This document shows positions 1-12,699 of a stretch of DNA of 64,000 nucleotides, piece after piece. The notes under the pieces were generated by a model, which was given only the letters and a program-made list of their open reading frames with translations, was not told the DNA's origin and made no database searches. The translations under genes were made by a program, and so were the position numbers. Source of the stretch: Eutreptiella sp. 'Long Island Sound 2002'. Taxonomy: Eukaryota; Protista; Euglenida. The DNA lies in contig OZ038379.1 of the NCBI GenBank assembly GCA_964036045.1, positions 79,732,001 to 79,796,000 of the forward strand. The letters are read 5' to 3'. Every line of letters begins with the position of its first letter. The first letter of the stretch is position 1.

Positions 1-205
1 CGGCATCACTGCCGTGTAAATTGGTGTCATCCGCCAAACCGGCTGGTTACGCCCAACAGGACAACCCGTCGGCGACGGTGTTGTCCTTGCTGGGTTTGTA
101 CATTACTTCAATGTGGTACTGGCTTAAAAATTCATGCCTGGGGCCACGCCTTCCCAGAGGCCCCGAGAGGGTACAAAGATCTTCTTTGTACCACCTCTCC
201 ATAGA

Positions 206-2631
206 CTTGAGGTCGGTGTACACGGTGACTTTTCGTCCCCCTATCCAACTTTTAAATTTTAGCAAGCAAGAGACTAATGCATAAGTCTCTTGCTCGCGGG
301 TGCTCCAAGCTCTTTGTCCCTTCCCAGCCTTGCCTTCAAGCTTGCGGCTAAAAAAAGCACAAGGCTTCCAGTCCCTTCAGGGTTTATTTGCTCAAGGACA
401 GCACCGACTCCATGGTCGCATGCATCCACATGGATGCGATATTCACCGTCTGGTGATGGTATGTACAACTCACACTCAGCACTGAGTGCTTCCTCCAACT
501 GAAGAAAAGCAGACTCAATCTCGGGCGTCCACTGGATACAATTACGCTCCCTTGCTACCCTACAACGTCCCTTACGACCATCTACCCCGGGGACACGCTC
601 ATACTTACCTTGCAGCGACGTCATCAACGGGGCTGCAATATTGGAAAAATTTGTTATGTAATTTGAATACCAATTACAACCCCCAACAATCCCTTCATCT
701 GCTTTGGCGTGTTAGGCTTGGGCCGATTGCGTACCGCATCCACCTTGGAAGAAGCAGGATTACGCATTCCCCCATGTAAAACATGCCCACAATACTTGAT
801 TCTCTCCATAAAAAGATGACATTTCTCAAAGCTGACTTTGAGATGGCATTCCTCTACCTGCTCAAAGAGGTCAACGACGTTTTGAAAGTGGTCTTCGGGG
901 TATGCCTTTGAATCAAGTATTTTGCCCTTGCCACAAAGCTTGGGTCATGTCTCCGTGAGTAAATCATCGATGTAAATGTGTGTGTGCGGCAGTAGCGACT
1001 TCAAACAATCACTCACTATTCTCTGGAGAGCCTTGGGTCCTACCTTCACCCCGATGGGTTGAACCCTCCACTCAAATACCCCAAAAAGGAGTACAGAAGG
1101 CCGTGTGTCGCCTACTGCACTCACTAAGAGGTATTTGGTCGAACCCATCCTCAAAGGTCGAGGAGGGTGCAGAGCTGGTTTCCAGCATGTTTGACAAACA
1201 GGTCCTCGATTACCGGCAATGGGAACTCGCAGCCGCGAAGTTGCGTGTTCACGTACCGGTAATCAATGACTAGTCGCAATCTGTTTGTGCCGGGCTTTGG
1301 CACAAGAAGCCCCCGGCTGACCTAATGGGATGGGCGTGGCACAATCCAGCCCTTTCCTTGAAACGCCTTGATTGTTTCACGCATGGCCTCTTCCCTAAGG
1401 CCAACTGCACCAGTGGCCTTGAGGTCGGTGTACACAGTGACTTTTCGTCCCCCTATCCAACTTTTAAATTTTAGCAAGCAAGAGACTAATGCATAAGTCT
1501 CTTGCTCGCGGGTGCTCCAAGCTCTTTGTCCCTTCCCATCCTTGCCTTCAAGCTTGCGGCTAAAAAAAGCACAAGGCTTCCAGTCCCTTCGGGGTTTATT
1601 TGCTCCAGGACAGCACCGACTCCATGGTCGCATGCATCCACATGGATGCGATATTCACCGTCTGGTGATGGTATGTACAACTCACACTCAGCACTGAGTG
1701 CTTCCTCCAACTGAAAAAAAGCAGACTCCATCTCGGGCGTCCACTGGATACAATTACGCTCCCTTGCTACCCTACAACGTCCCTTACGACCATCTACCCC
1801 GGGGACACGCTCATACTTACCTTGCAGCGACGTCATCAACGGGGCTGCAATATTGGAGAAATTTGTTATGTAATTTGAATACCAATTACAACCCCCAACA
1901 ATCCCTTCATCTGCTTTGGCGTTTTAGGCTTGGGCCGATTGCGTACCGCATCCACCTTGGAAGGGGCAGGATTACGCATTCCCCCATGTAAAACATGCCC
2001 ACAATACTTGATTCTCTCCATAAAAAGATGACATTTCTCAAAGCTGACTTTGAGATGGCATTCCTCTACCTGCTCAAAGAGGTCAACGACGTTTTGAAAG
2101 TGGTCTTCGGGGTATGCCTTTGAATGAAGTATTTTGCCCTTGCCACAAAGCTTGGGTCGTGTCTCCGTGAGTAAATCATCGATGTAAATGTGTGTGTGCG
2201 GCAGTAGCGACTTCAAACAATCACTCACTATTCTCTGGAAAGCCTTGGGTCCTACCTTCACCCCCATGGGTGGAACCCTCCACTCAAATACCCCAAAATG
2301 AGTACAGAAGGCCGTGTATCGCCTACTGCACTCACTAAGAGGTATTTGGTCGAACCCATCCTCAAGGTTGAGGAGGGTGCAGAGCAGGTTTCCAGCATGT
2401 TTGACAAACAGGTCCTCGATTACCGGCAACGGGAACTCGCAGCCGCGAAGTTGCGTGTTCACGTACCGGTAATCAATGACTAGTCGCAATCTGTTTGTGC
2501 CGGGCTTTGGCACAAGAAGCCCCCGGCTGACCCAATGGGATGGGTGTGGCACAATCCAGCCCTTTCCTTGAAACGCTTTGATTGTTTCACGCATGGCCTC
2601 TTCCCTAAGGCCAACTGCACGAGTGGCCTTG
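206..2631. repeat. Tandem duplication of RT+RNase H (units of 1212 and 1210 bp)
   Basis: 209-1420 is nearly identical to 1421-2630. CTTG occurs at 206-209, 1418-1421 and 2628-2631. The left copy carries two extra single-base insertions. Confidence 0.95.
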
Positions 2632-4673
2632 TCACCCTTCCGCTTAGCATCCGGATTTGGCCCCAAGACACAAATCCCATTGGGACCCCGTTTGTCCATG
2701 TTTTTTTCAATCTCTGACCAATGATTACCTCCTTCCTTGAACACTGTGTCTTCGAACCGGTTGTAAATCCAATTCCTATAATCTCGGCAATGTGGATGTT
2801 CAGCATCCGCCTCAATCACAGAATGCACACACCTATCCCTCGTCGTGAAAATGGTAACTGGATCACCTGAGATACCTGAAGAAGGCAAAGGGCGATCATT
2901 TGCCTTGAGAGACAGAGTTTGAGACTCCTCTGAAGTCAACTCGCTGTGAGACGCATGTTGTAAAGCTTTACTCCAATCAGAGATCCTGTCTTGAAGTGAG
3001 ACCTTTTTGGTTCTATGATGCACAAACGAGACCTTTGAAATTCGAGGCTCACACACTTCAGGAAGATCAGAGGAAGGGACAGGACTACCGACAATTTGTT
3101 CAATGCATACTCTTTCAACCAATCGATCCAGAGATGGCTGTTGTTCCTGGGCTCTTGACTCAGTCATGGAATCATTTTCTTGAGACATGACTGTTGAGCA
3201 AGGAGGAATGGAATCAAGAATGGAATCATGTTCTTGAGACATGACTGTTGAGCGAGGGAGAATGGTATTTAGAATGGAATCGGGCAGCAAGGGTATAAGC
3301 CCTATAGCCGCAGCTGAAACACGCTGGACGTTCCACGCTTTCCGACTCATTCCTACGGGTCTGCAAGGGGAGGTGACACATTGGGGTGCATGAGATTTGG
3401 TTTCCATTGAGGCTTCCGAAAATGTTTTGGACCAAGCTGTCGAGCAACGACCCGGCCAGTTCAGATGATTTTGAGGAGGGGGATCATCATGTGATTTCCT
3501 GAAATCAGTCTGTCCCAGCCCTTCTTGATCACCCCCCAAAGGCATCAAAAATAGGAAACTCGTGCACCTAATTTTCCAGGAGAACGAGGTGTACCTCCCT
3601 TCATCACGGAAACACAATGCATCATGCGGCAAATCCCACCAATCAACCGTCACTTCACCGAGTCCCCAAAACCACTCTTTGTTTTTATGGCAGCGAACAA
3701 TCATGATCCCTCGACTTCCCTCCCATATTGCTTTCTCGGCAACTTGCTGCAGAAATTTTTGCGGGCACATAACAAATATGGTGTTATCATGCCAAGGCTT
3801 GTTCAAACCTTGTGTGACTGCAGCTCCACCTTTAGGAGTGTTGACCCATATCCTGGCGCGCTTTCCGGGGCGCTGGACTTTGGTAGTCGAGCGCGGATCT
3901 GCAATTGGGGAGCGCTGGGGTTGAAATTCATCTCCAGCCCAATCCAAAATGCGGTGAAACCATTGAGGATCTTCCTTATAGACGTGTGGGTGTGTGGACG
4001 TCCTCTTGGTTTTACCACGACGTTGCCGTGACGGCTGCCACCTTACGCCAATAAAGTTGACACCTTTCCCTGCGATCCTTTGGATTCTCCCTTGGGCGCA
4101 ACTCCATGCATTTCCCGGAATCCCGGAATCAAAACGTCGTCCTAATAAATTAGAACTCGATATGGAAGATGATGTTTCAACTTGCTTAGCAAGCAGCTGG
4201 AGGGTTTCCAATGTCTCCAAAACTTCCTCAATCCTAAGGAAGCCATACCGACCCATAAACTCGTCAGGTGGCACGTCAGGGCCGACCGAGCCCTCGTGGG
4301 ATGAGGGGCTCCACTCACATTGTGAGTCCAATTCAGCACAGTCCAGGTTGGGATCAGCTAGTTGCTGAACCGATCTATCTATTACAGTCTCCGAGATCTC
4401 AAGATCCTGGGGACATCCATCGGGGGGCATTACTTCTGGAACTGTCAATATCCGGTCTATTAGGCACTCAATGCTCGTTCCCTGAGTCGCCCTACAACTA
4501 TGTGACGCACTTAAAGGAGGCGTATCCTGCTCCGGTAATTTAGGCCACCCACCAGGGCCCAACTTCTGAAAATGCGCATGCAACACAATGGCTGACATTC
4601 CAGAAGTGGCAAAAAAGCAAATGGGAGAGAGTAAAGGACCATCCACATGTCCAATGACCTTAAGAGAAACCAT
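1866..4673 (-). pseudogene. pol: gypsy pol fragment (935 aa): spacer, MTase-like domain, reverse transcriptase
   Basis: ORF track 1866..4673. RT motifs lie in the C-terminal third (~1870-2680). In-frame upstream continuation 4511-5365 contains one stop and a frameshift. Confidence 0.9.
3600..3985 (-). pseudogene. Degenerate N6-adenine methyltransferase-like domain within gypsy A pol
   Basis: aa ~231-357 of ORF 1866..4673 read WFHRI...GLNKPWHDNTIFVMCPQKFLQQVAEKAIWEGSRGIMIVRCHKNKEWFWGL. This follows the DIRS/phage Dam pattern (W..x..fvNPPf.ll.kv..K...e...gilivP.w...Wf..L), but NPPF is replaced by MCPQ. Confidence 0.55.
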
Positions 4674-5427
4674 CGGGAGGGGGCACCTTTACGTGAGTTC
4701 TTCACTGGGATGACAACACTGCTGTTCAATGCCGTCAGTGACACAACCAACATTATTCCTATCAAACCCATAACTTGTGGTATTGAACACTCCACAACGC
4801 TTGGGCAAACCTCGGGAGGATTATTGGGTCCTAGCTCAAAAGAATTCATCTCCGCACCTTCACAAGTTGCACTTTCATGAGAAGAAACACACCAAATTGG
4901 GTCAAGACAAGAAGAGGATTCCTGCAACTACTGTAGGTGCGCCAAACTCTCTGAAATGTCAACGGTCACAAGCTCGCGATGCACCTTTTCGGCGTTCAAC
5001 TTCTTGTCATCCACGCAAGACATTGTAGCCGAGCCTTGCATAGGGCAGCACAACTGCCCGTCATGCTCCACCTCATTGACATCCCGCTGAAGCTCATGGC
5101 TGCCCGCCATGTCAAAAGATGTCCGTGCCTCCGGAGGAGGACATTTATAATCAAATCCATCCCATGGGCCGCCTTGACCAAGGTCCTCCACCAAAGAAAA
5201 GCATCCCGGATCTGGTAGGAAAACAAGTACATACCGGGCAAAAAAAGGCATACCAAGAATGGCTTGCGGGCGGACCGAGGCCAAATAAACCACGCAATCG
5301 GCGCAGCGCGCCATCACGACCAGGGGACCTCTTTGCAAGGGCATAATGCTATCGCTCTGGACCACATATTTTCCCGCCTCGAACTACTTCTCACCAACTC
5401 CGAGCACCTACCTACCTACCTAATCTA

Positions 5428-6765
5428 GTGTTCTTTTGTTTCGACGATATTGTAATGCTTGGACATTCCCCAACGGAAGTGAGGCGCATTGTGGCACATT
5501 TACTGGCATGGTTTCAGGACGCGGGAGTACTGGTCAACATAGCAAAGTCTCATTTAGAACCCGTTCAGAATTTAATTCACCTTGGTGTGGAGTTGGATTT
5601 CATAAAGGGATGTGTCTCTATCCCGGGAAGGAAATCTAAGTCTTATCAGAAGGAGTTGGGGAAGTTGGTTACTCAGGACATGGTTACTTGCTGACGCGTG
5701 GAAGCTATTTTGGGACAAGTGAAGTCGCTGCCCATTGTTATTCCCGCTCTTCGCTCTTTCCTTTGCCTTCTACAGGCCTTCGTACAACAAGCATCGCTCC
5801 ACAGATGGGAAACAATGCTGGCGGTACCTCCGAAAGTTCGCGACGTGCTGCGTTTATGCAAGGACGTCCTCCTCCAATGGCCAAGGCGCAGGATATTGGG
5901 ACGGGTGCCAATGAGGCTCTTCGCGCTCGACATCTCCACGCATGCGTACGGTGTATCGGACCTTCGGGGACATGATTTCGTACACGGGTATTGGCACAAC
6001 CTTGCGCCGTGGCACATCAATCTTTGGAAATTTTCCGCGGCTATGGACACCATTCGGGCTATGGCGCACAGAGGCGACCTAGTCAAGATGTTGGTCAACA
6101 ACATCGTCGCCCTGTCCGACCTCACCAAGCAAGGGGGCAAGAAATTGGAGATCAACCGCCTCACAAGGCCGTCTCTGCTATGCGCCATGGAGAATTACGT
6201 CACATTACAACTGGAGTGGGTCCTGTTGCAAGATATGCCCGCCAACCATCTATCGCGTTGCGATTTCAACGTATCGGAGCTGGAGCTCAAAAAGGGTATC
6301 TACCTGTGTATCGAGCGGATATTATGGCACTTGTGCCAATCAACACACGACATGTGCGCGAGCCCTCATACAGTGAAGAAGCGACTCTTCGTGACACGTT
6401 GGCCTCACGCAAAGGTGACCGCCGTGGATGCGAGTTATTGCCCCTTACAACAGATCAAAATGTGCCATGCATGCGGGCCTTTGGCCATGATTCCGGCATG
6501 GATTCAGAGACTCAGGGACAACCAGAGCATAGTATGCCTGATGGTGGCACCAATGTGGGATTGCTCTCCGTGGTGGCACTCCTTAATGCGAATGCACGTC
6601 AAGCCGTCACCGCTGGTAGTCCTCAATCCCGTGAAGGGGTTGTTGAACGGCTGCCAGGGGACACCTATGAACGCGCCAGGGTGGCCCCCGAGCTGCGTGG
6701 TTGTCTCGGGGCAGCACTCGCACAACAAGGCATCGAAACCAAGGCAATTGCGGAATAACCTGTAA
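5428..6765 (+). pseudogene. DIRS RT (C-terminal half) - RNase H - methyltransferase
   Basis: FCFDDIVML (YxDD), VNIAKSHLEP, HLGVELD; RH motifs DISTHAYG, HINLWK, VNNIVA, PANHLSR; MT motifs HDMCAS, APMWDCSPWWHSL. One in-frame TGA at ~5692. Confidence 0.9.
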
Positions 6766-6809
6766 GCTTGGAAAGCGCAAAAAAGAGGTATTGCGGGGCA
6801 TTTTGTCTA

Positions 6810-7521
6810 AGAAAGATGTCCTTGATTAGTGCCCCAATAAGTTTGATCAAATCCTGCAGGTTTTGGGTGTTGGAAAACAGAACCAAAGCAGCAAGTAGAG
6901 CAAGAACAGGATGTGGATCGAATCAATGAATAGTTTTGAAATCCAGTGTATCACAGAAGGGCTGCAGATAGACAAAGCAGGCATAAGTACAAAGATTCAA
7001 TCACAAATGTATAAGACAAATGATTCTATGTAAAAGCTGGCATGACTTGTGCCTCCAAGGTAGCATCAAGCACTTCATGTGCACTCTTTTGGATGAAATG
7101 GAGTTGGTTGGGAATGTGGGGCAAATGAGTTGGGCCGGACACAGAATATGACTTGGCCAAGCAACTGAATTCAGAAACAGTTAAAACGTAGAACCACAAT
7201 AAGTGGTAGAATCAATTGAGTATAGCGGTCTTGAGGTGGGGGACCATTAGGCTTAACCAACAAGGCCTTAGGCATGAAGTTCATGCTTAAAATCGGTATA
7301 ACCAACATGAAGGAAGATACCTCTGCTCAGTTCAGTGGTAGTGGTGGACTTCCTCGGGGGGGTGGGGTTATAACCCTAGTTACTTTGAGGAAGTGTACTT
7401 TAAACTTCAAAAGAGAGATAAAAATGCTTAAGTAAGTCTCAACATCAGAAAAAGGGTTTTGCGGGGGGGTCGGCCTGGATCAAGATCTCCAAGAGAGACA
7501 TGGTAGTGACCTTTTCTTACT
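6810..7521 (-). repeat. 3' LTR of element B
   Basis: Partner of 15842-16557, preceded on the minus strand by the PPT. Confidence 0.92.
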
Positions 7522-7528
7522 CCCCCCT
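7521..7528 (-). promoter_or_regulatory. Polypurine tract
   Basis: Minus strand AGGGGGG(A) abuts the start of the 3' LTR. Confidence 0.7.
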
Positions 7529-8702
7529 GGAGTACTAGTTGATGAAGCTAGCAGGACCAAGGAAAAAGGCTCAAACTTCGCCAAACCTACCTCAGAAATT
7601 GCATTAGAACTACCAAAGACATTCCAATCAGTTCGTAGAAGCCTATCACACTGTAGGTACCCTTCAAAAAAAGTGTAATGTACCGTGAATGATGTCCCTT
7701 CGATGGGGCATTCCTCAAAAGTTGTCAGCGTGAGGCGAAAACCTTTGGTAATCATTTGGGGGTAGTCGGGTTGGAACCCAGGACTCCCTCCCTAGAGTAC
7801 ACATGCTTGCCCACCAGGGTACAGTCGAACGCTCTAGTGCGGACCACGATCGCTGTATAAACAGCGTTTTAGCAAATGTCCTGACCAAGGGCCAGGGCGG
7901 AGCAATACCCCTAATGGAGGGCACAAAACTCCAGGAGCTGGGAAAAAATACAAAATGAAACCCACAGGGAGTAAATCCTGTGTTTTAGCGAAAGGGCCAG
8001 CGATTTAAAAAGTCAAATCGCTAAAAATTGACTAAAGGACATTGGACATCGAAATTTTCAGACTAAAGCCTAAGATCGCAGACAAGCGCAACAGAACCGG
8101 ACTCCCAAAAAGAATTACGCAAGCGTAAACGGCTCCAGAAAAAGAAGGTATGAGCCGGAGTTTTTAAATAACATTTTTGCACTGTTGCATCAAAAATTTT
8201 ATAAACTTTAGGAAAAAGTACTGAACAGAAACCCACACCACAGAGCAGGTGGACAACCCACCTCTCAGGGATGTTAGTCTCATGTCACACACATGCATTG
8301 CGTTCGTGGTGGTTGCTTCGTCAAAACGCTAGGGTTGTCACCGTTGTGTTCGTTGGGGGTTCGGGTGTTCACTTTCTCTGCTCTGCATAGGTCAAAACAG
8401 AAATGAAAGGTATGCGAAACGAATGGAGCACGCAGTGCGCACGTAGGGTTAGTGTATGCGCTGTGCTCGCTATGCATGTGCCTAATCTAGGCATTCACTT
8501 GTTGTGTCGCTTTCCCTGTGCCCGAAACCACCCTTCCCTTCTCTTCACAGGTCAGAAAGGAAAGTGCTTGCTCGTGTTTGTGTTGCCGTAGCGTTAAAAT
8601 TGGGTTGCTCAAAACGCTTAGCCTTGTTTTGCGCTGTGCAGTGCGCCATTCCCTCTCCTTTTTCTGTAGGAAACAAGGTAATAAGGGCATGCAGGACGCT
8701 GA

Positions 8703-10107
8703 TAGGTAGGTAGGTAGGTGCACTCGGTCGTGGACAGGCGCTCATGGTTCCCGCTGGAGTTGCTGCTGTGACGAACAGGAACAGGCTCCGTGCTTGGAGA
8801 CGGGAGGCGGCTTACATCCCGCTAGACCTGACTGGTGGCCCCCAACAAAGCAGCCCCGGGCAACACCGGGAGGGGTGATCGCCGCCAGCGTGACGTGCTT
8901 GTCTTGTCAGGAGGGTGTGCCCCCGTGCTTCCGCACGCCCCCCCCTTTGGGCGGAACCCTAGAGGTTCACCGGACTTCCTGGTGTATCCCGTTCCCGAGG
9001 CATGCATGCATGTTCTTGGTACTGGGGTTCCGAGGCGCTTGGGTGTCGCACGCTCCGCCTGGAGTCCCGAAGCAGCGCAGGCCTTAGGATGCAGCCTTAC
9101 CCCCGGGCTCGGGAACTCGTTTGGCCGGGTCACCTGCGTGGCACGGGCTGCCTCAGTGCCCGGGCTATGGACACTGGGTTTCCTACTGTTGTGTGGCGCT
9201 TGTGTTTGTTTCTGCGTTGTGCTTGGGTTCAGGTTCGCGCCCCGTCACTCCTGGCTGGGGTGATGGCGTGTGTGTGTGTTTGCGTGCCCGCTCAGCTTGT
9301 ATCCCGCCACTCCTGGCTGGGTTGTGCGGTGTGGGTGTCTGTGCTTCGGCTCGGGTTTCGGCTGCGCCCCGCCACTCCTGGCTGGGGAGTTGCGGCCTGT
9401 GTGTGCTTGTGTGCTCGATACGCTTGTACCCTGCCACTCCTGGCTCGGGTGTCCGGTGTGCATGTGTATGTTCGGGTTTGGGTTCCGGCTGCGCCCCGCC
9501 GCTCCTGGCTTGGGTGTTGGGGTGTGTGTGTGCTTGTGTGCGCACCCCGCTTGTACCCCGCCACTCCTGGCTTGGCTATGCGGTGTGCGTGTGTGTGCTT
9601 GGGCTCGGGTTTCGGGTGCTCCTCGCCACTCCTGGCTGGGGTGCTGGGGTGTGTGTGTGTTTGTGTGCGCTCTCCTCTTGTACCCCGCCTCTCCTGGCTC
9701 GGGTGTGCGGTGTGGTTGTGTGTGCTTGGGCTCGGGTTTCGGCTGCGCCCGGCCACACCTGGCTGGGGTGTTGGGGTGTGTGTGCTTGTGTGCGCGCTCC
9801 CTGCTTGTACCGCGCCATTCCTGGCAGGGGTGCGCGGTGTGTGTGTGTGTGCTTGAACTCGGGTTTTGGCTGCGCCTCCCACCTCCTGGCTGGGGTGTTG
9901 GGGTTTGTGTGTGTTCGTGTGCGCGCTCCGCTTGTACCCCGCCACTCCTGGCTGGGATGTGCTGCGTGGGTGTGTGTGCTTGGGCTCGGGTTTCGGCTTC
10001 GCCCTGCCACTCCTGGCTGGGGTGTTGGGGTGTGCGTGTTTGTGTGCGCGCTCCGCTAGTACCCCGCCACTCCTCGCTGGGGTGTGCGGTGTGGGCGTGT
10101 GTGCTTG
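8703..10107 (-). mobile_element. 5'-truncated 3' end (or SINE-like derivative) of the large LINE family, inserted in the 3' UTR of element B
   Basis: (TAGG)4 at 8703-8718 is a (CCTA)4 tail on the minus strand. 8719-9200 is homologous to 20228-20715. No TSD was found. Confidence 0.7.
9240..10100. repeat. Degenerate ~110-bp tandem array built on CCACTCCTGGCTGGG
   Basis: The motif recurs every ~50-60 bp with GT-rich spacers. Confidence 0.9.
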
Positions 10108-10380
10108 TCACGCTTGTAACCATAGGCATGGGACTGCAGGGCACAGCCAGGGCTGGTGCAGCGCTCAGAAAGCAGTGATCTGGGCAAAACAGATGGTCTT
10201 CGACCAGGGAGTGGTTGTCACGGGGGGCTACCGGTCCTGTCCTGCAATGCAATGCGGGGCAACTGTGACAACTGCTCTCACACACCTACGCAGACATGTC
10301 TGCACAAGAGTGCTCACCGCCCCTGGGAGGTCAGAAGACTTGGAGGGTTAGAAAACAGTTAATAGATAGACACCAGGACA

Positions 10381-10615
10381 TTATTTCTTCTTTTTACGCT
10401 GGGACAGAGTCTCAGCGCGGGTTAGTAACTGTCCCTCGTTGTTCTCAACGATGTAGGAGCAAAAGATGGGGTTGATACTCCCATCTGGCTGTATAAAGGC
10501 GGAAATGAGTTCCCAGATCGCCTTAGATTACCCATAGCCATCGCACAGGGTTAGAAAATTCCAGCCCTGTTTATACTGGTGGCGGGCAATACCTGCAACA
10601 ACGTAGTAGCCATCG
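10381..10615 (-). pseudogene. Chromodomain at the C-terminus of element B integrase
   Basis: Manual translation in frame with the integrase: GYYVVAGIARHQYKQGWNFLTLCDGYG*SKAIWELISAF...KKKK*, with the stop ending at 10381. Confidence 0.8.
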
Positions 10616-10731
10616 ACTGCCATTTCATCGGCAGTCATTTATTCGAGTTTGTGTGCCTCCTCTGGGCTGGGAGCGTTGTCTAGGTGGATACGCTTGACCT
10701 CACTGTCGCTGAGGCGCCACTCATCCCAGGA

Positions 10732-11800
10732 CTAATTGTCAGGGGAGTGATAGTGCCTCAACTGCTTAGGCGCATAAGGCAGTTCACCACCTAGACCTGG
10801 ACTGCACCTGACAAGGATTCTAGATCCGTCTACCCTGATGATACGGTAGGGCCCAAAAAAAGGGTCCTGAAAGCAGTAATGGGGCCAGGAGGGTAGGCGT
10901 GAATGGTGAACCAAAACGAGGTCACCAACCTTGAAACTGGCAGGTCGCTGTAGGCGATTTCGTCGGGTCAGTTCACGTTCACGGATATTTTCCAGGTTAG
11001 TCCCAGCCTGGTTAGCCATAGACTGCTTGTCTTCCAGCCAATCCCCAACAGAGCTTATGAAGACCTCAGGAAAGGGGGTTTTGAAAAACCAAGCAAGTCG
11101 TCCTGCATGAGACAGCTCTTCGGGCGTGAACCCCGTAGAAGAGCTCCTCTGAGAGTTCATGGTCAGCGCTGCCCAGGGCACTAGGTGTACCCAATCTTTG
11201 GTATGTTCCTGTTTCATCAGGATTCTCAGGTTCTGATCCACCACACGGTTTTGTCTCCGACAAGGAGGGTTAGACGTGTGGGTATAGGGCACACCTGTGG
11301 TTACCTCAACGTTGAGGGCATTGAGTACTCGTTTGTACCACCTTGTGTCACTGCGGATGCGTACATCCTCATCAGATTGCACCTGCTTAGGTGCTCCATA
11401 TGGTTCCAGCCATTGTTCGACCAACACTTTCACAGTCTGCTCACCTGTGCTTTTCTCATTGCAAGGGAACACACGGGTAAAGCGGGACGGGCCACAGGTG
11501 ACCACTAGGCAACTATCATAGCCGCCGAAGCGAGGTAGGCCGTGGATGAAATCCACGTAGAGAAGAGAGTTAGTACAATAGTGTATGGGTAGGCTGGAAA
11601 TCAGTCCCCTATCCCTACTGTCGCTTTGCTTGCTGGCATGGCAGCAACAAGCATCAACAATAGTCTGCATTCGAGACCTCAGTTCAGTCAGGGTTAGATT
11701 AGAGTAGAAACACTTGCGAAAGAATTCCAGTGAGCGAATAGCGCCTGTGTAACCTGACCTGAGATGGGACCATTGTAGACACCCATCAAGTCGTGCCTCA
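10732..11800 (-). pseudogene. Integrase of element B
   Basis: YVDFIHGLP..GGYDSCLVVTC..SRF, YGAPKQVQSDED, TGVPYTHTSNP...NRVVDQNLR, FKVGDLVLV, FFGPYRI (GPY/F module). Confidence 0.93.
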
Positions 11801-12069
11801 AATCCTCGTAGAAGAGGTACTGGTTATTTTTATACCACTGGTCCCCGTCAATGACACGGGGTTGGAGACCAGTGCTGAGGGTCTGGAGAATTTCTTTATA
11901 TTCTGACTGATAGTCATTTAGGCTCCAACCCTCGAGGATTTCAGCTGTCCGCATAGACAGGTCAAGTTCAACATCCATGCATACGCTGGAAAGCCTCTTT
12001 GGCGAGTGCATCAGAGCTCTCACCAATGAGCGCATCAGAGTTGTTGCGCGATATGTAGTCAGAATGTTC

Positions 12070-12345
12070 ATTTCCTATACCAGAGATATGATGGAGTGTC
12101 AGCCTGAGATGGCCCAGGTAAGTCCACCACCGTTTTAGTTTCGCTTTCTCCGGAGGTGAGCCCTTCTGCGAGGACTCCAACGGTTCCTGGTCACAGAGCC
12201 AGACGATCCGGTTAGATCCCAATAGTCGGCACTGTGATGAAAGCACAAACATACCAGCCAAGAGGTCCTGGTCGTAGGTGCTGTAATTAAAACGTGCCTG
12301 GTTCCATTTCCAGTTCCAGTGTCCCAGTGGTACAAGTCGCCACTC
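12070..12345 (-). pseudogene. RNase H C-terminal part of element B
   Basis: LVPLGHWNWKWNQARFNYSTYDQDLLAG...VWLCDQEPL...HHISGIGNEHSDYISR. No N-terminal DAS motif is visible. Confidence 0.8.
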
Positions 12346-12699
12346 AGTGGAAGGATAGTCCTGCTTCAGGGAACCATCACGGTTCAGTCCACCGCTGTGT
12401 GCAGCACTCTCAACAGGGGAAATTAGTTCTGAGGTTGACCCTAGGTCTACTTCCTCGAGCAACAGCTGCACCAGGAAGGCACTGTGTTTGAGTTCAACAC
12501 AGCTGGGATCAACAGGAGGGATAGAGCTGGCGATTCAAGACAGTTGGTCGTCAGCATCCTCATTCACAGCAGCACGTTCCAGATCGGCATCAGGGGATTC
12601 ACACCCTGTAAGTGCGGCACATAGGTGCTCAAAAGATCGTTCTTTGAGATCAGAACGGGTCAAGCCACGATTTTCGGCCATGACCTCTTTCAGTAGCAC

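Larger units (their letters stand above)
1..5390 (-). mobile_element. Ty3/gypsy LTR retrotransposon remnant A (pol region; 3' part runs off the window, 5' part lost)
   Basis: Minus-strand frames give a protease C-terminus (QAILGMPFFARY, ORF 4928-5365), gypsy RT motifs (LRLVIDYRYVN, PLPVIEDL, MGVKVGPKAFQR, YIDDLL, KCHLF) and RNase H motifs (HVDACDHGVGAVLEQ, FFSRKL, EQETYALV, YKPSKDNTVADGLS). Stops and frameshifts are present. Confidence 0.93.

Noticed and set aside
7990-8012. CCAGCGATTTAAAAAG, a faint resemblance to a euglenozoan spliced-leader start as I recall it
   Set aside because: The match is short, with no downstream leader, GT donor or Sm site.
9002-10285. Long overlapping Cys/Val/Gly-rich and His/Thr-rich ORFs (200-350 aa) on both strands
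   Set aside because: They arise from stop-poor GT/AC tandem repeats, are open in most frames and show no domain.
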